A stretch of DNA of 64,000 bases, from positions 46,223-110,222 of IMG/VR virus record IMGVR_UViG_3300025288_000013; one strand, written 5' to 3'. Below, in pieces: positions 40,774 through 49,135 of this stretch; the stretch's first letter is position 1; each line of letters begins with the position of its first letter. Position numbers and translations under genes: made by a program. This DNA is from a virus. A model generated the notes under the pieces. The model saw only the letters and a program-made list of their open reading frames with translations, had not been told where the DNA came from and ran no database searches.

Positions 40774-41116
40774 AATTTTTATTTTTTTTATTTTGCTCTA
40801 TAACATTTATATCAAGATAATAATCAGCATATATGTGGATTGTGTAGACAACCCTGTTATTTGGTCTTAATGTCCTTTCAGTCACAAAACACATTTTATC
40901 GGGTTCTGTTAAACAGTTTTCTAATGAACATATCATTTCTTTGACTGGTTTGGCATCTTCAGTCCAAGCCATAGCCATTATATCCATATCAGCATTTAAA
41001 CTACCATGAAGCCCTAAAGCCCACCCACAATCTAATGCAGCTTGTCTAAGATCACCATAAATTGAAGCATAAAATGCTGCTCTACCATTTGTAACAATTG
41101 ATTTTCTATCTTTCAT
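40748..41116 (-). CDS. Hypothetical protein, minimal nucleotidyltransferase-like motif
   Basis: LHGSL..DMDI. Confidence 0.55.
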   Translation of the reverse strand: MKDRKSIVTNGRAAFYASIYGDLRQAALDCGWALGLHGSLNADMDIMAMAWTEDAKPVKEMICSLENCLTEPDKMCFVTERTLRPNNRVVYTIHIYADYYLDINVIEQNKKNKNYGFSNKSE

Positions 41117-41285
41117 TTATTTGTTTTTTAATAACATCCATATTATCTTCTATATAGACTTTCACTTGTTCTGAATATTTATCGTTATCATATAACCACA
41201 TTAAATAATCAGCTGGAACATCTTCCATTGGTTTTCCCTGATACTTGCCAAATGGCATTAAACTTTTATCTGTTAAAACAATCAT
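41106..41285 (-). CDS. DUF3820-like small protein
   Basis: 59 aa, MPFGKYQG.....VP..YL.WL (below the ORF-track cutoff). Confidence 0.75.
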   Translation of the reverse strand: MIVLTDKSLMPFGKYQGKPMEDVPADYLMWLYDNDKYSEQVKVYIEDNMDVIKKQINER

Positions 41286-41542
41286 AATCTTTTAGTTATT
41301 TTAAACTTTTTTAAACAATATTCTTCTTTTGCGTTTTTTATAAGTCTTATGAATTTTATTTGTTCATAAACCTCCATATCAGATACCCATTTATCCATTT
41401 CTTTCTGAAATTTCTTATATGCTTCAACATAATCAAGCCTTTCATATATTGGTTGTCCTAAAAAATTTTTCCCAGTTGGTTCTTTTGGTGATGGATAATC
41501 TTTTATACTAGGTTCTATTGGTTTTTTTGGTTTTGCCATCAT
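41282..41542 (-). CDS. Hypothetical protein
   Basis: 86 aa. Confidence 0.65.
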   Translation of the reverse strand: MMAKPKKPIEPSIKDYPSPKEPTGKNFLGQPIYERLDYVEAYKKFQKEMDKWVSDMEVYEQIKFIRLIKNAKEEYCLKKFKITKRL

Positions 41543-41809
41543 TTAAATTTCTGAATATAGGGGATTATCATAATCTGTATAACCAATTCCACATTTTGAA
41601 CAAGTAACTTCACCACCAGCAACATTTAATTTGTTTTGTTCATCTTTGTTCATCAACTCAAACTCAACTTTGTTCATAACTTTATCACTATTATGAAACG
41701 TATATCTTGTATCACCATCCCACACATGTTCACCACCTTTCTCACAATCTGGTTTATTTTTTGTTACAAATGCTGTAAACGTGTCGGTTTGTATAAATTT
41801 TTCAGCCAT
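41543..41809 (-). CDS. Small Zn-ribbon-like protein
   Basis: C....H.WDG ... CSKCG. Confidence 0.65.
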   Translation of the reverse strand: MAEKFIQTDTFTAFVTKNKPDCEKGGEHVWDGDTRYTFHNSDKVMNKVEFELMNKDEQNKLNVAGGEVTCSKCGIGYTDYDNPLYSEI

Positions 41810-41812
41810 AAT

Positions 41813-42721
41813 TTATTGGTTTTGTGTTAATAATTCAATAACTCTTTCTAATTTCTTTATTCTAAGATTTTTGCTTTCTATAACAACCATCAATTGATTT
41901 ATGTTATCATGTAACCCTTTTATCTCTTCATCAACCAATTCATGTTTACTTGATGGTAGTTTCACCCATTCTTCAATAATAACTTCATCAACTATATCTT
42001 TTAATTTTTGATCACGTATATCTGAATCTTCTGATATAAGGTTCTTTGTAAAATTTGATGGTTTCCTATCAAGTTTTAATTTTGGTTGTTTCTTAACTTC
42101 TATTCTTTCACTAACACCCAAGAAATCCTTCCATCCTTTCCATCCTTTCCCTTTATATGTTATGTGTGGCATTTTTGGTACACCAATAGGTAGTTCTCCA
42201 AGATCTTTTAATTTCATGAAATCTCTACACCTAAACAATATCAGTTTTGGATTTTCTTCACGTAGTTCTTTTAACAAATATTTGGCTTTGCCGTATGGAA
42301 CAGTTGTCTTTCTACCATCATATTCAGATTTCATAAGTTCGTTTTTGTGTTTCTTTTGTAGTGTTGTATCATACTTACCAAGTGGTATTTTTGTGCTACC
42401 AACAGTTGTTGGTTTATTAGAAAATTCATTAAATGTTATGTTTGATAATCGTTTGGTTTTTCCAACCTTTCTGTCGCCCAATTCTAATAACAATTGATCA
42501 ACCATTTTTTGGTTTGGTTTGGTTTTTTTATCGTTCCAAAAGAATTGATTTGGTTGTTTTTCTGATATTATTTGTTTTCTTATCAAAAGCGGTATTATCA
42601 TTTCATCTATATCTCTTCTAACAGCTATTTTCTTTAGGTCTAAATATTTTGGTGAAAATAAAGCATAATAAACTTCATCCAAAAATCTTAATTCTTTTGA
42701 TATAAATTTCTCTTTAGCCAT
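41813..42721 (-). CDS. Basic putative DNA-binding protein
   Basis: P..P...YK..GW.GW.DFL repeat-unit motif. Confidence 0.6.
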   Translation of the reverse strand: MAKEKFISKELRFLDEVYYALFSPKYLDLKKIAVRRDIDEMIIPLLIRKQIISEKQPNQFFWNDKKTKPNQKMVDQLLLELGDRKVGKTKRLSNITFNEFSNKPTTVGSTKIPLGKYDTTLQKKHKNELMKSEYDGRKTTVPYGKAKYLLKELREENPKLILFRCRDFMKLKDLGELPIGVPKMPHITYKGKGWKGWKDFLGVSERIEVKKQPKLKLDRKPSNFTKNLISEDSDIRDQKLKDIVDEVIIEEWVKLPSSKHELVDEEIKGLHDNINQLMVVIESKNLRIKKLERVIELLTQNQ

Positions 42722-42959
42722 TTTTTAATTTATAGGTTCTAACACTTTTATTCAATCTTTCTCGTTTAAATTCTAATGCACCAAGTAATCTATCACCTTG
42801 TAGAAAATGTGCATCAGCTTTTATAACTATTGTGTCTTCTAATTTCGTATCTTTGTCAGTCATTTTAGAAGTTACACATTGGAACGTATCAAACATGAAC
42901 AATATCTCTTTACCAAGCAAAACTGTATCCAAAATGAACTCTTGTAAATTTTCAGCCAT
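42714..42959 (-). CDS. Hypothetical protein
   Basis: 81 aa. Confidence 0.6.
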   Translation of the reverse strand: MAENLQEFILDTVLLGKEILFMFDTFQCVTSKMTDKDTKLEDTIVIKADAHFLQGDRLLGALEFKRERLNKSVRTYKLKNG

Positions 42960-43251
42960 TTTCCAATTTTTTAATTTGTTTGTTTAACCAATTTATCCTT
43001 GCCTCTCTATTATTCGATTTCCAATAAAACCACCCAAACTTGTCTTGTGGTTTTGTAATTTGTATTTCGAAACCACTATATGCATACGCTCTGCTGGGAG
43101 AATTATCAAGCAAAAATTAACTAAATTTTTCATAATCATTAAATGTTAAAACCATCTTTGCAGCTTTACATAATCCACTTGGTACAACAACTGATGTTGA
43201 TGATACAAATTCGTCCTTAATTTTTTTTAATATGTGTAGCATTTCACCCAT
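42952..43251 (-). pseudogene. 99-codon gene interrupted by an in-frame TAA at 43117-43119
   Basis: One frame fills the gap exactly; C terminus resembles that of ORF 44314. Confidence 0.55.
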
Positions 43252-43254
43252 TAT

Positions 43255-43710
43255 TTAAATACCAAGACAACATTTTTTGAATTTTTTGCCAGAACCACAA
43301 ATACATGTTTCATTTCTACCAACCTTTTTTTCGGTTCTTATTGATTCAATTGTTTGTAATAATTGTTTGTTTGTCAAGGGCGGATAGTGTTCAAGATGTT
43401 GATTCTCAAATTTGTACTCAATTATTTCTTTTTCCCATTCATTGATACTTTTTGTCTTTGGAGCAATATCATCTTTTGTTACCAATTTATCAGATAAAAC
43501 GAAACCCTTTTCCTCAAGAAGTTTCTTTACTTCATCAGTCACATCACTTTGTAACAAGAATAATTCTTTACCGTTTGTGTCAACGTATACCCTTATATCT
43601 TGTTCAATTGTTGCCGCATTTAAAGTAGTCTTTCCATGACTAACTGTACCAATGTTTTTGTGTGCAATTTCTCGTGAATCACCAACGATTGCAATAGTTT
43701 TCTTACTCAT
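43255..43710 (-). CDS. SEC-C motif protein with EF-Tu-like N-terminal motif
   Basis: KVGRNETCICGSGKKFKKCC; HKNIGTVSHGKTTLNAA. Confidence 0.8.
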   Translation of the reverse strand: MSKKTIAIVGDSREIAHKNIGTVSHGKTTLNAATIEQDIRVYVDTNGKELFLLQSDVTDEVKKLLEEKGFVLSDKLVTKDDIAPKTKSINEWEKEIIEYKFENQHLEHYPPLTNKQLLQTIESIRTEKKVGRNETCICGSGKKFKKCCLGI

Positions 43711-43816
43711 AATATGTGTTAAATATAAATTGTAAAGCGTAATATAAAATATGATATGCACAGAAAACGCCAAAAATAAGTGCCAAAAGTATTACATATT
43801 TCATTTTTAATTTCAT
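43703..43816 (-). CDS. 37-aa hydrophobic peptide
   Basis: MKLKMKYVILLALIFGVF.. Confidence 0.45.
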   Translation of the reverse strand: MKLKMKYVILLALIFGVFCAYHILYYALQFIFNTYYE

Positions 43817-43821
43817 TTTTA

Positions 43822-43850
43822 ATCAACTTTTATAATTGTTGTTGGTTACA
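43822..43850 (-). promoter_or_regulatory. Class II promoter variant TGTAAC-N17-GTTGAT
   Basis: Same spacing, at a gene boundary. Confidence 0.5.
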
Positions 43851-44311
43851 CACTGTTTAAATTTTATTTTTGTGTACCCACGCATGCATAAGTTCGGTTT
43901 TCTCATTTTATATTGTATAAACAAATCTTCATTTATTTTGCCCATATAATGTTTTATTATAAACGATTGTATAAAATCAATACTTGGCTGTGGATATGTT
44001 TGTGTATTCATATTATATTTATAGTTGATATTTTCTAAACTTGTATCAGTTGTTGAAGCAATTTTGTGAACAAAATCTCTATTATACCCAATCCTATCAT
44101 CCATTTTTATAGAACCATCATTTAAATAGTTTAAACACTTAAGAGGTTTATCAACATTATCAACTATGCACCAATCATTTGGCAAAACATGATCACTAAC
44201 TGTTATATATAAATGAACAAAACAGATTTTATCAGTCTTTACCATAAAACTATCCAATCTGTTATTTGATTTTGCATGTAAAAGATATGCCACTGCTTGT
44301 TTTTCTAACAT
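43823..44311 (-). CDS. Hypothetical protein (paralog family A)
   Basis: HLYIT..DW..KIASTTD.SL..PQPS.DFI. Confidence 0.7.
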   Translation of the reverse strand: MLEKQAVAYLLHAKSNNRLDSFMVKTDKICFVHLYITVSDHVLPNDWCIVDNVDKPLKCLNYLNDGSIKMDDRIGYNRDFVHKIASTTDTSLENINYKYNMNTQTYPQPSIDFIQSFIIKHYMGKINEDLFIQYKMRKPNLCMRGYTKIKFKQCVTNNNYKS

Positions 44312-44313
44312 TG

Positions 44314-44622
44314 TTATTTTTTCTTTAATTCTTTAATTTCTTTCTTTAAATCACAAATTATATGTCTTAAGAATCGTTTCCTTTCAACAAGTATACTTTT
44401 GTTCCACCAATAACTGAACACAGAACCAAATTTTTTGAAGTCTTTATTCCACCAAAATTTTGAAAAGATGTTTGGCTTCTTTTTGTTCAGATAATCACAC
44501 ATATCAGCCATTTCTGATTCATCATTACCTATATGTTTGTTATAAATCCGTTCTATATTTCCACAAAGTGTATATGACCCAAGTGGATAATGTTTAATAA
44601 CACAAATAAAGTGTTTTAACAA
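44314..44622 (-). CDS. Hypothetical protein
   Basis: 102 aa; start uncertain. Confidence 0.6.
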   Translation of the reverse strand: MLKHFICVIKHYPLGSYTLCGNIERIYNKHIGNDESEMADMCDYLNKKKPNIFSKFWWNKDFKKFGSVFSYWWNKSILVERKRFLRHIICDLKKEIKELKKK

Positions 44623-44647
44623 TTTTTTACGTTTCTTTAATTTTTCT

Positions 44648-45214
44648 TTATTGTTTGCTATATAGCTGAATCTGTTGTGTCTGGCAAACTTTAAATGGTT
44701 CTTTTACAGCACCAGAAAAATGTTCAGCACATCTTAAGGCATTAACAATTATATCAACAGGATTTGTTTCGTTTGTTAAAAATATGCTACCAAGTGCATA
44801 TTCACTACCACAACCAATTGCATCATACCCTCTTATTGTTTCAGCCACCTGAAAATCTTCATCTATTCTAAACAAATTGTTTTTATATCCAACCAAAAAC
44901 ATGTCAGTTTTATCTCCACCGCTGTCATATGTTTGTAAGTATCCACCATCTTTGAAACATTGACGAACAACTTTTATAAAGTCCGTACACATATATTCAA
45001 AGATTGATTTGTCAACTTTTGGTAATTCTAATGAGAATTGTAACAATTGCATCATTCTAAATGAACCCACACAACCTATAACAAATTCGCCAACATAAAA
45101 AACTTTTTCATTTTTTCTTTGCGTAACATTATAATAGCAATCAATACTTGCACTATCACCACCAATGATGACGTTGCCGTTTTGTCTATCAATATAACCC
45201 ACTATACAAGTCAT
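44648..45214 (-). CDS. HslV/proteasome-beta-like Ntn peptidase
   Basis: N-terminal MTCIVG (Thr nucleophile), GGDS, K.F, AIG.GS..ALG. Confidence 0.75.
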   Translation of the reverse strand: MTCIVGYIDRQNGNVIIGGDSASIDCYYNVTQRKNEKVFYVGEFVIGCVGSFRMMQLLQFSLELPKVDKSIFEYMCTDFIKVVRQCFKDGGYLQTYDSGGDKTDMFLVGYKNNLFRIDEDFQVAETIRGYDAIGCGSEYALGSIFLTNETNPVDIIVNALRCAEHFSGAVKEPFKVCQTQQIQLYSKQ

Positions 45215-45522
45215 GATTTGTTATTTTCGTACCACTTATTGAATTTTTTCTTAGCATTTTTATTATTGAGTGCTGAACATATGAATATAGAATTATCAAA
45301 ATCTGGAATTTTTGTTGAAGTGGTAAACAAATGATTTTTGTCAAAAGAATACCATTTGTGACCTTTGTGTAGAACTTTTAATTTTTTTAAATTCAAATTC
45401 TTGCCTATTGTGTCACCAATTTCGTCTGTTGAATCAAATTCAAGTTCTTGGTGGTTTTGATTTTGTGATGCCATAGCCATAGCCATTGTGGCTAATAATG
45501 CACCTTTCATTTTGCTTTTCAT
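45211..45522 (-). CDS. Hypothetical protein
   Basis: 103 aa; ALN.KNA.KK. Confidence 0.65.
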   Translation of the reverse strand: MKSKMKGALLATMAMAMASQNQNHQELEFDSTDEIGDTIGKNLNLKKLKVLHKGHKWYSFDKNHLFTTSTKIPDFDNSIFICSALNNKNAKKKFNKWYENNKS

Positions 45523-45537
45523 ATTATATCTATTTTG

Positions 45538-45852
45538 TTAAAATAATTTTGGTTGTTCCATTGATTTTATTAGCTCTATTAAAATGTCACCATGACACGA
45601 TTTTGGTTTGCACCAACAACCAAGTGTTTTATCCTTTAATTCATGTAAATCGTTCAACAAATGCTTACCATCACCATTGGTTATATATAAACGATAAGAT
45701 TCAATGGCTTCTTTCCTACTATTAACCATAAATTTTGCCAATGTGGCAGAATCTTTCTTATGTGTGAAAGGATTTCCCCACTTACTTGGTCTACCAATAT
45801 AAACATCATATTCATCGGTTTTACAATTAACAACAAGAGTTTTATTCGCCAT
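45538..45852 (-). CDS. DUF4326 family protein
   Basis: VYIGRPSKWGNPF ... LGCWCKP..CHGD.L. Confidence 0.85.
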   Translation of the reverse strand: MANKTLVVNCKTDEYDVYIGRPSKWGNPFTHKKDSATLAKFMVNSRKEAIESYRLYITNGDGKHLLNDLHELKDKTLGCWCKPKSCHGDILIELIKSMEQPKLF

Positions 45853-45956
45853 TGTTTTAGTTATTATTTTCATTAGAAATAAGGTCAAAGAATTTAGGTA
45901 GACACCATAATTATTTTTACCTTTCCTAGAATTCCTCAATTCAAGGTTTATGATTT

Positions 45957-45985
45957 ATAAACCATAACAAAACAGATTTGTTACA
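45957..45985 (-). promoter_or_regulatory. Class II promoter TGTAAC-N17-GTTTAT
   Basis: Heads a leftward operon at a divergence point. Confidence 0.75.
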
Positions 45986-46016
45986 ATAAATAATGTGAAT
46001 TTAAAGTGTAATAACC

Positions 46017-46628
46017 ATGATGTTGAGTGATCATATAATCAGCGATTTTATAATTCGTTTCTCGGACGATTTCTTTTATGATGATGTTAAGAAAAAATTT
46101 CAAGATTACTTTGATGAAAATAATGGGATCTTTCGTTCTATCACAGATTCGTTTAACGCAACCATCATTGGTACAAATATTCTTGGGTATGATTCACAGT
46201 CAACAAGTCCGCAAGGACACCACAAAGGACAAGTAAGAACATTCCAAAATTCGTTAACCAATATACAAAAACATAAAAAAACACTTGATGTCAGTTTTGC
46301 CCTCAAGTATGGTTTGTTTAATTATTACATGTTATTTGAAAACATCATTCAGTTTAATGAAAATAACATAAATGATGGTATGGATATATTCTTACCACCG
46401 ATAATAATGGATATAATTGATTCTAATGGTAACATTATTTATACATACATTTACAAAGAAATACAAGTGGAAAGTTTGTCTACATTAAGTCTTAAAAAAA
46501 CTGACAATGGTATAGGATCAAAAGAATTTACATGTTCATTTCGATATAACATACTTGACATAAAAACTTATTTAAACAAAGACAAATCAAAAAGTTTAAA
46601 CGATTCATTCAAACACAAATTTAAATGA
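46017..46628 (+). CDS. Tail tube-like/baseplate protein
   Basis: Tube-like C terminus (D.NG....Y.Y......L..L......F.C.F.YN). Confidence 0.5.
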   Translation: MMLSDHIISDFIIRFSDDFFYDDVKKKFQDYFDENNGIFRSITDSFNATIIGTNILGYDSQSTSPQGHHKGQVRTFQNSLTNIQKHKKTLDVSFALKYGLFNYYMLFENIIQFNENNINDGMDIFLPPIIMDIIDSNGNIIYTYIYKEIQVESLSTLSLKKTDNGIGSKEFTCSFRYNILDIKTYLNKDKSKSLNDSFKHKFK

Positions 46629-46981
46629 TAACAATTTTATCAGACAATAGAACCGATCAAAATTATGAACAAAACAAATTTGTGATATCAAATCCAATTA
46701 TCATATATGTTGAACAGATAAAAATGGCTTTACAAAGTGACACGGGTAGTATCATGGGTTCAGAAGATTTTTTTGACTTAGAAGATTTAGTGTTTGAACA
46801 GAATTTAAATGAACAACAAATACAAGACAGAGTTAGACAAACAATATCACATTTTTGTTCATTTTATGAAAATTTTGACACAGAGATTGATGTAAGGTTC
46901 ACAAAAGGAGAAGTTCGTGATATTTGTTTGGTAAATATCACAGTAAATAAAGAACATACATTGAACTTGTTAATTCAATAA
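46625..46981 (+). CDS. Baseplate wedge protein (gp25/GPW-like)
   Basis: 118 aa; QI.M.L....G..MG..DF..LE.L.FE. Confidence 0.6.
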   Translation: MITILSDNRTDQNYEQNKFVISNPIIIYVEQIKMALQSDTGSIMGSEDFFDLEDLVFEQNLNEQQIQDRVRQTISHFCSFYENFDTEIDVRFTKGEVRDICLVNITVNKEHTLNLLIQ

Positions 46982-47149
46982 AACCCCAAGAGTAATTCCA
47001 AGAAATAAAATAACTATTATTGATACCACATATTTGATATTTAATTCTTGTCTGACCCATTTTCTTCTGTTTTTTGTGAAAGAAAAAAAATTGTATACAC
47101 AATAAAATGAAATAACAAATAAAATTATGAACAATAACACTAACATCAT
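46970..47149 (-). CDS. Small two-TM protein
   Basis: Two hydrophobic helices; ATGA overlap. Confidence 0.5.
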   Translation of the reverse strand: MMLVLLFIILFVISFYCVYNFFSFTKNRRKWVRQELNIKYVVSIIVILFLGITLGVLLN

Positions 47150-47565
47150 AAACAAAATAATGATACAACAAACAAGACAGTTCTTGTATACCAATCAAAT
47201 GAAAATATAGAAGTTGTCGTAGTTGATCTATCAAACCAGCCTTTCAAATAAACTGTATTGTTTGATAAAATTTTTCTTGTTTGATAATAAGCACCATCAT
47301 GAATAAATGGAAATGATAAAACAAAAGCAATAGAATAATAAACTGTATCAATAATACCATGTGATACGTATATGGCTAATATGAGTGGCGTAGCCCATAA
47401 AATTCTAACAAAAGTAAAAAGAATATGTATGTTGAATTTCCATTTATCTTTGAATTTTTTATCAAAATCCGCATCATCATGAAAAATTTTGGCTTCAATT
47501 ATACCAAAAGATAATGAAAACCAAATCCAGGTAAAAAAACATATATACATATTATATTGCATCAT
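47146..47565 (-). CDS. Membrane protein
   Basis: Several TM helices; FPF.HDG.YY. Confidence 0.65.
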   Translation of the reverse strand: MMQYNMYICFFTWIWFSLSFGIIEAKIFHDDADFDKKFKDKWKFNIHILFTFVRILWATPLILAIYVSHGIIDTVYYSIAFVLSFPFIHDGAYYQTRKILSNNTVYLKGWFDRSTTTTSIFSFDWYTRTVLFVVSLFCL

Positions 47566-47572
47566 GATTTAT

Positions 47573-47884
47573 TTATTTTTTGCTCCATATTTTACTTGGT
47601 CTAACATCTATTAACAATTCTCCGAAATGTAATTTCATATGGTTTGTTAAAGACGTAAGTTTTCTGTTGTCTTTACCAATCATAATTGATGGTTTATGAC
47701 TTGTTATTTTTATAACAACTTTAGATTTCTTTTTATAAACTTTGACAGACGTAACATATTGATAAGCCAATAAGTCATTTTTTTCCCAAAAATTCATTAA
47801 TTCAACTCTTATTTGTGCTGAATCAATACTATTAGATTTCCATGTTTTGATGAATGATTTAATTGAACGTTTTAACCTTTCCAT
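47573..47884 (-). CDS. Type II KH-domain protein resembling the uS3 N-domain
   Basis: VVIKITSHKPSIMIGKDNRKLTSL vs uS3 I.I...RPG.VIGK.G..I..L. Confidence 0.55.
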   Translation of the reverse strand: MERLKRSIKSFIKTWKSNSIDSAQIRVELMNFWEKNDLLAYQYVTSVKVYKKKSKVVIKITSHKPSIMIGKDNRKLTSLTNHMKLHFGELLIDVRPSKIWSKK

Positions 47885-47917
47885 GTTTTAATAAATGTAG
47901 TTTAATCTTTTAATTTT

Positions 47918-47958
47918 ATTGAAACGAACAAAAATTGGGCAATTTTGTTCGTTTCAAT
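47918..47958. terminator. Long near-perfect hairpin
   Basis: attgaaacgaacaaaa/ttttgttcgtttcaat. Confidence 0.65.
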
Positions 47959-48081
47959 TGGCTGTCGCACTATTTTAGTTCTATAAGCACATGATACGCT
48001 ATGTTTATACTAAATTTCAAGTTTGCTACAAGTAAATTATCTTTGTATCAAGACAAAATACCAACTATCAATTCGTGTATT

Positions 48082-48110
48082 ATAAACTATCCATATCTAT
48101 TGTTGTTACA
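48082..48110 (-). promoter_or_regulatory. Class II promoter TGTAAC-N17-GTTTAT
   Basis: In non-coding region. Confidence 0.7.
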
Positions 48111-48344
48111 GCATATCTAACATATAAGGTAATAATTTGATTATAAAAATAGCACAATCAAAACAAGGGTCAAATTGTTTTGAAAATAATAAAACACCAA
48201 AATCAAATTTGTGATTGCTTTTGAAATAATGCCATGATGTATGTGAGTTATTTTTTTTATTTTTATGTCGCCTATTTTATAGGGTTGCATTTGTGACAGT
48301 TCTATATGATTAGAAAGATTCTGCCTTTCTTGAGTGTTTTTTAC

Positions 48345-48373
48345 TAAAACCAACAATATTTGATTTTGTTACA
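48345..48373 (-). promoter_or_regulatory. Class II promoter TGTAAC-N17-GTTTTA
   Basis: In non-coding region. Confidence 0.6.
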
Positions 48374-48388
48374 ATACCATTTTACCAA

Positions 48389-48430
48389 ATCTTCAGTTTT
48401 GTATGAATTTTTGAATATAAAACTGAAGAT
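48389..48430. terminator. Hairpin, 12-bp perfect arms
   Basis: atcttcagtttt/aaaactgaagat. Confidence 0.5.
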
Positions 48431-48741
48431 ATAAGAACAATATTTAAAGTTATTATATTAAATTATTGTCAGTTTTATAAGCATGATACAACATTGTAAC
48501 ACATTTATAACAAATCTTTGAGTTTTGTTTAAGATTATTGAATTGCATTTTACTGTATCAATACACATTTATAATTAAGCACAATATATGTCCCTTTTAT
48601 TGATTTTGTGTTATAGACACTAACATAGCAGAAATATGGTATTAAAATAATGGTAATATAGAGGAGTTTGTGGGAGATATGTCTGACTAATTTGAGTATG
48701 GGTGTATACAGATATGTTTAAGAACATATTGTTAATACAAT

Positions 48742-49089
48742 CTATTTATTATTTTGGTGAAACTTTGATATAACCGATATATTATCTTTTCCATAAAGTT
48801 CTTCCATAAAACATTTAACATTATCATTTTTACACTGATCAGCAACATATTCAACAAACAATCTGAAATCGTTCTTTGCTAATGCCAATCCAGCTGATAG
48901 ACCGACTATATCTATGTGTTTTGAAATGGATGTTATGGCTTCAATAACCTTTATGTTTTTAACAACCTCATCAATTTGTGATATAGTCATTAATTGTCTT
49001 TGTGAATTTGGAAATTCTCTAAGCGATTTGTCATATAATTTCATTTTTTCTAACTCCAATTCTTCAAGATTTTTTGATATGTGTGCCAT
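48742..49089 (-). CDS. Hypothetical protein
   Basis: 115 aa after class I promoter. Confidence 0.7.
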   Translation of the reverse strand: MAHISKNLEELELEKMKLYDKSLREFPNSQRQLMTISQIDEVVKNIKVIEAITSISKHIDIVGLSAGLALAKNDFRLFVEYVADQCKNDNVKCFMEELYGKDNISVISKFHQNNK

Positions 49090-49115
49090 TTTTATTAAGT
49101 TTATATAAATACACT

Positions 49116-49132
49116 TGCAAAAATCGTGCCAA
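49116..49132 (-). promoter_or_regulatory. Class I sigma54-type promoter
   Basis: TTGGCACGATTTTTGCA. Confidence 0.8.
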
Positions 49133-49135
49133 GTT

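Noticed and set aside
43550-43578. TGTAAC-N17-GTTTGT on the plus strand
   Set aside because: Antisense inside a gene with a -10 mismatch; probably chance.
43768-43787. TTGGCACTTATTTTTGGC as another sigma54 site
   Set aside because: GG-GC spacing is wrong and it lies inside a small coding frame.
48141-48356. 71-aa ORF in the non-coding island
   Set aside because: TTG start inside a promoter spacer, low complexity, no recognisable motif.
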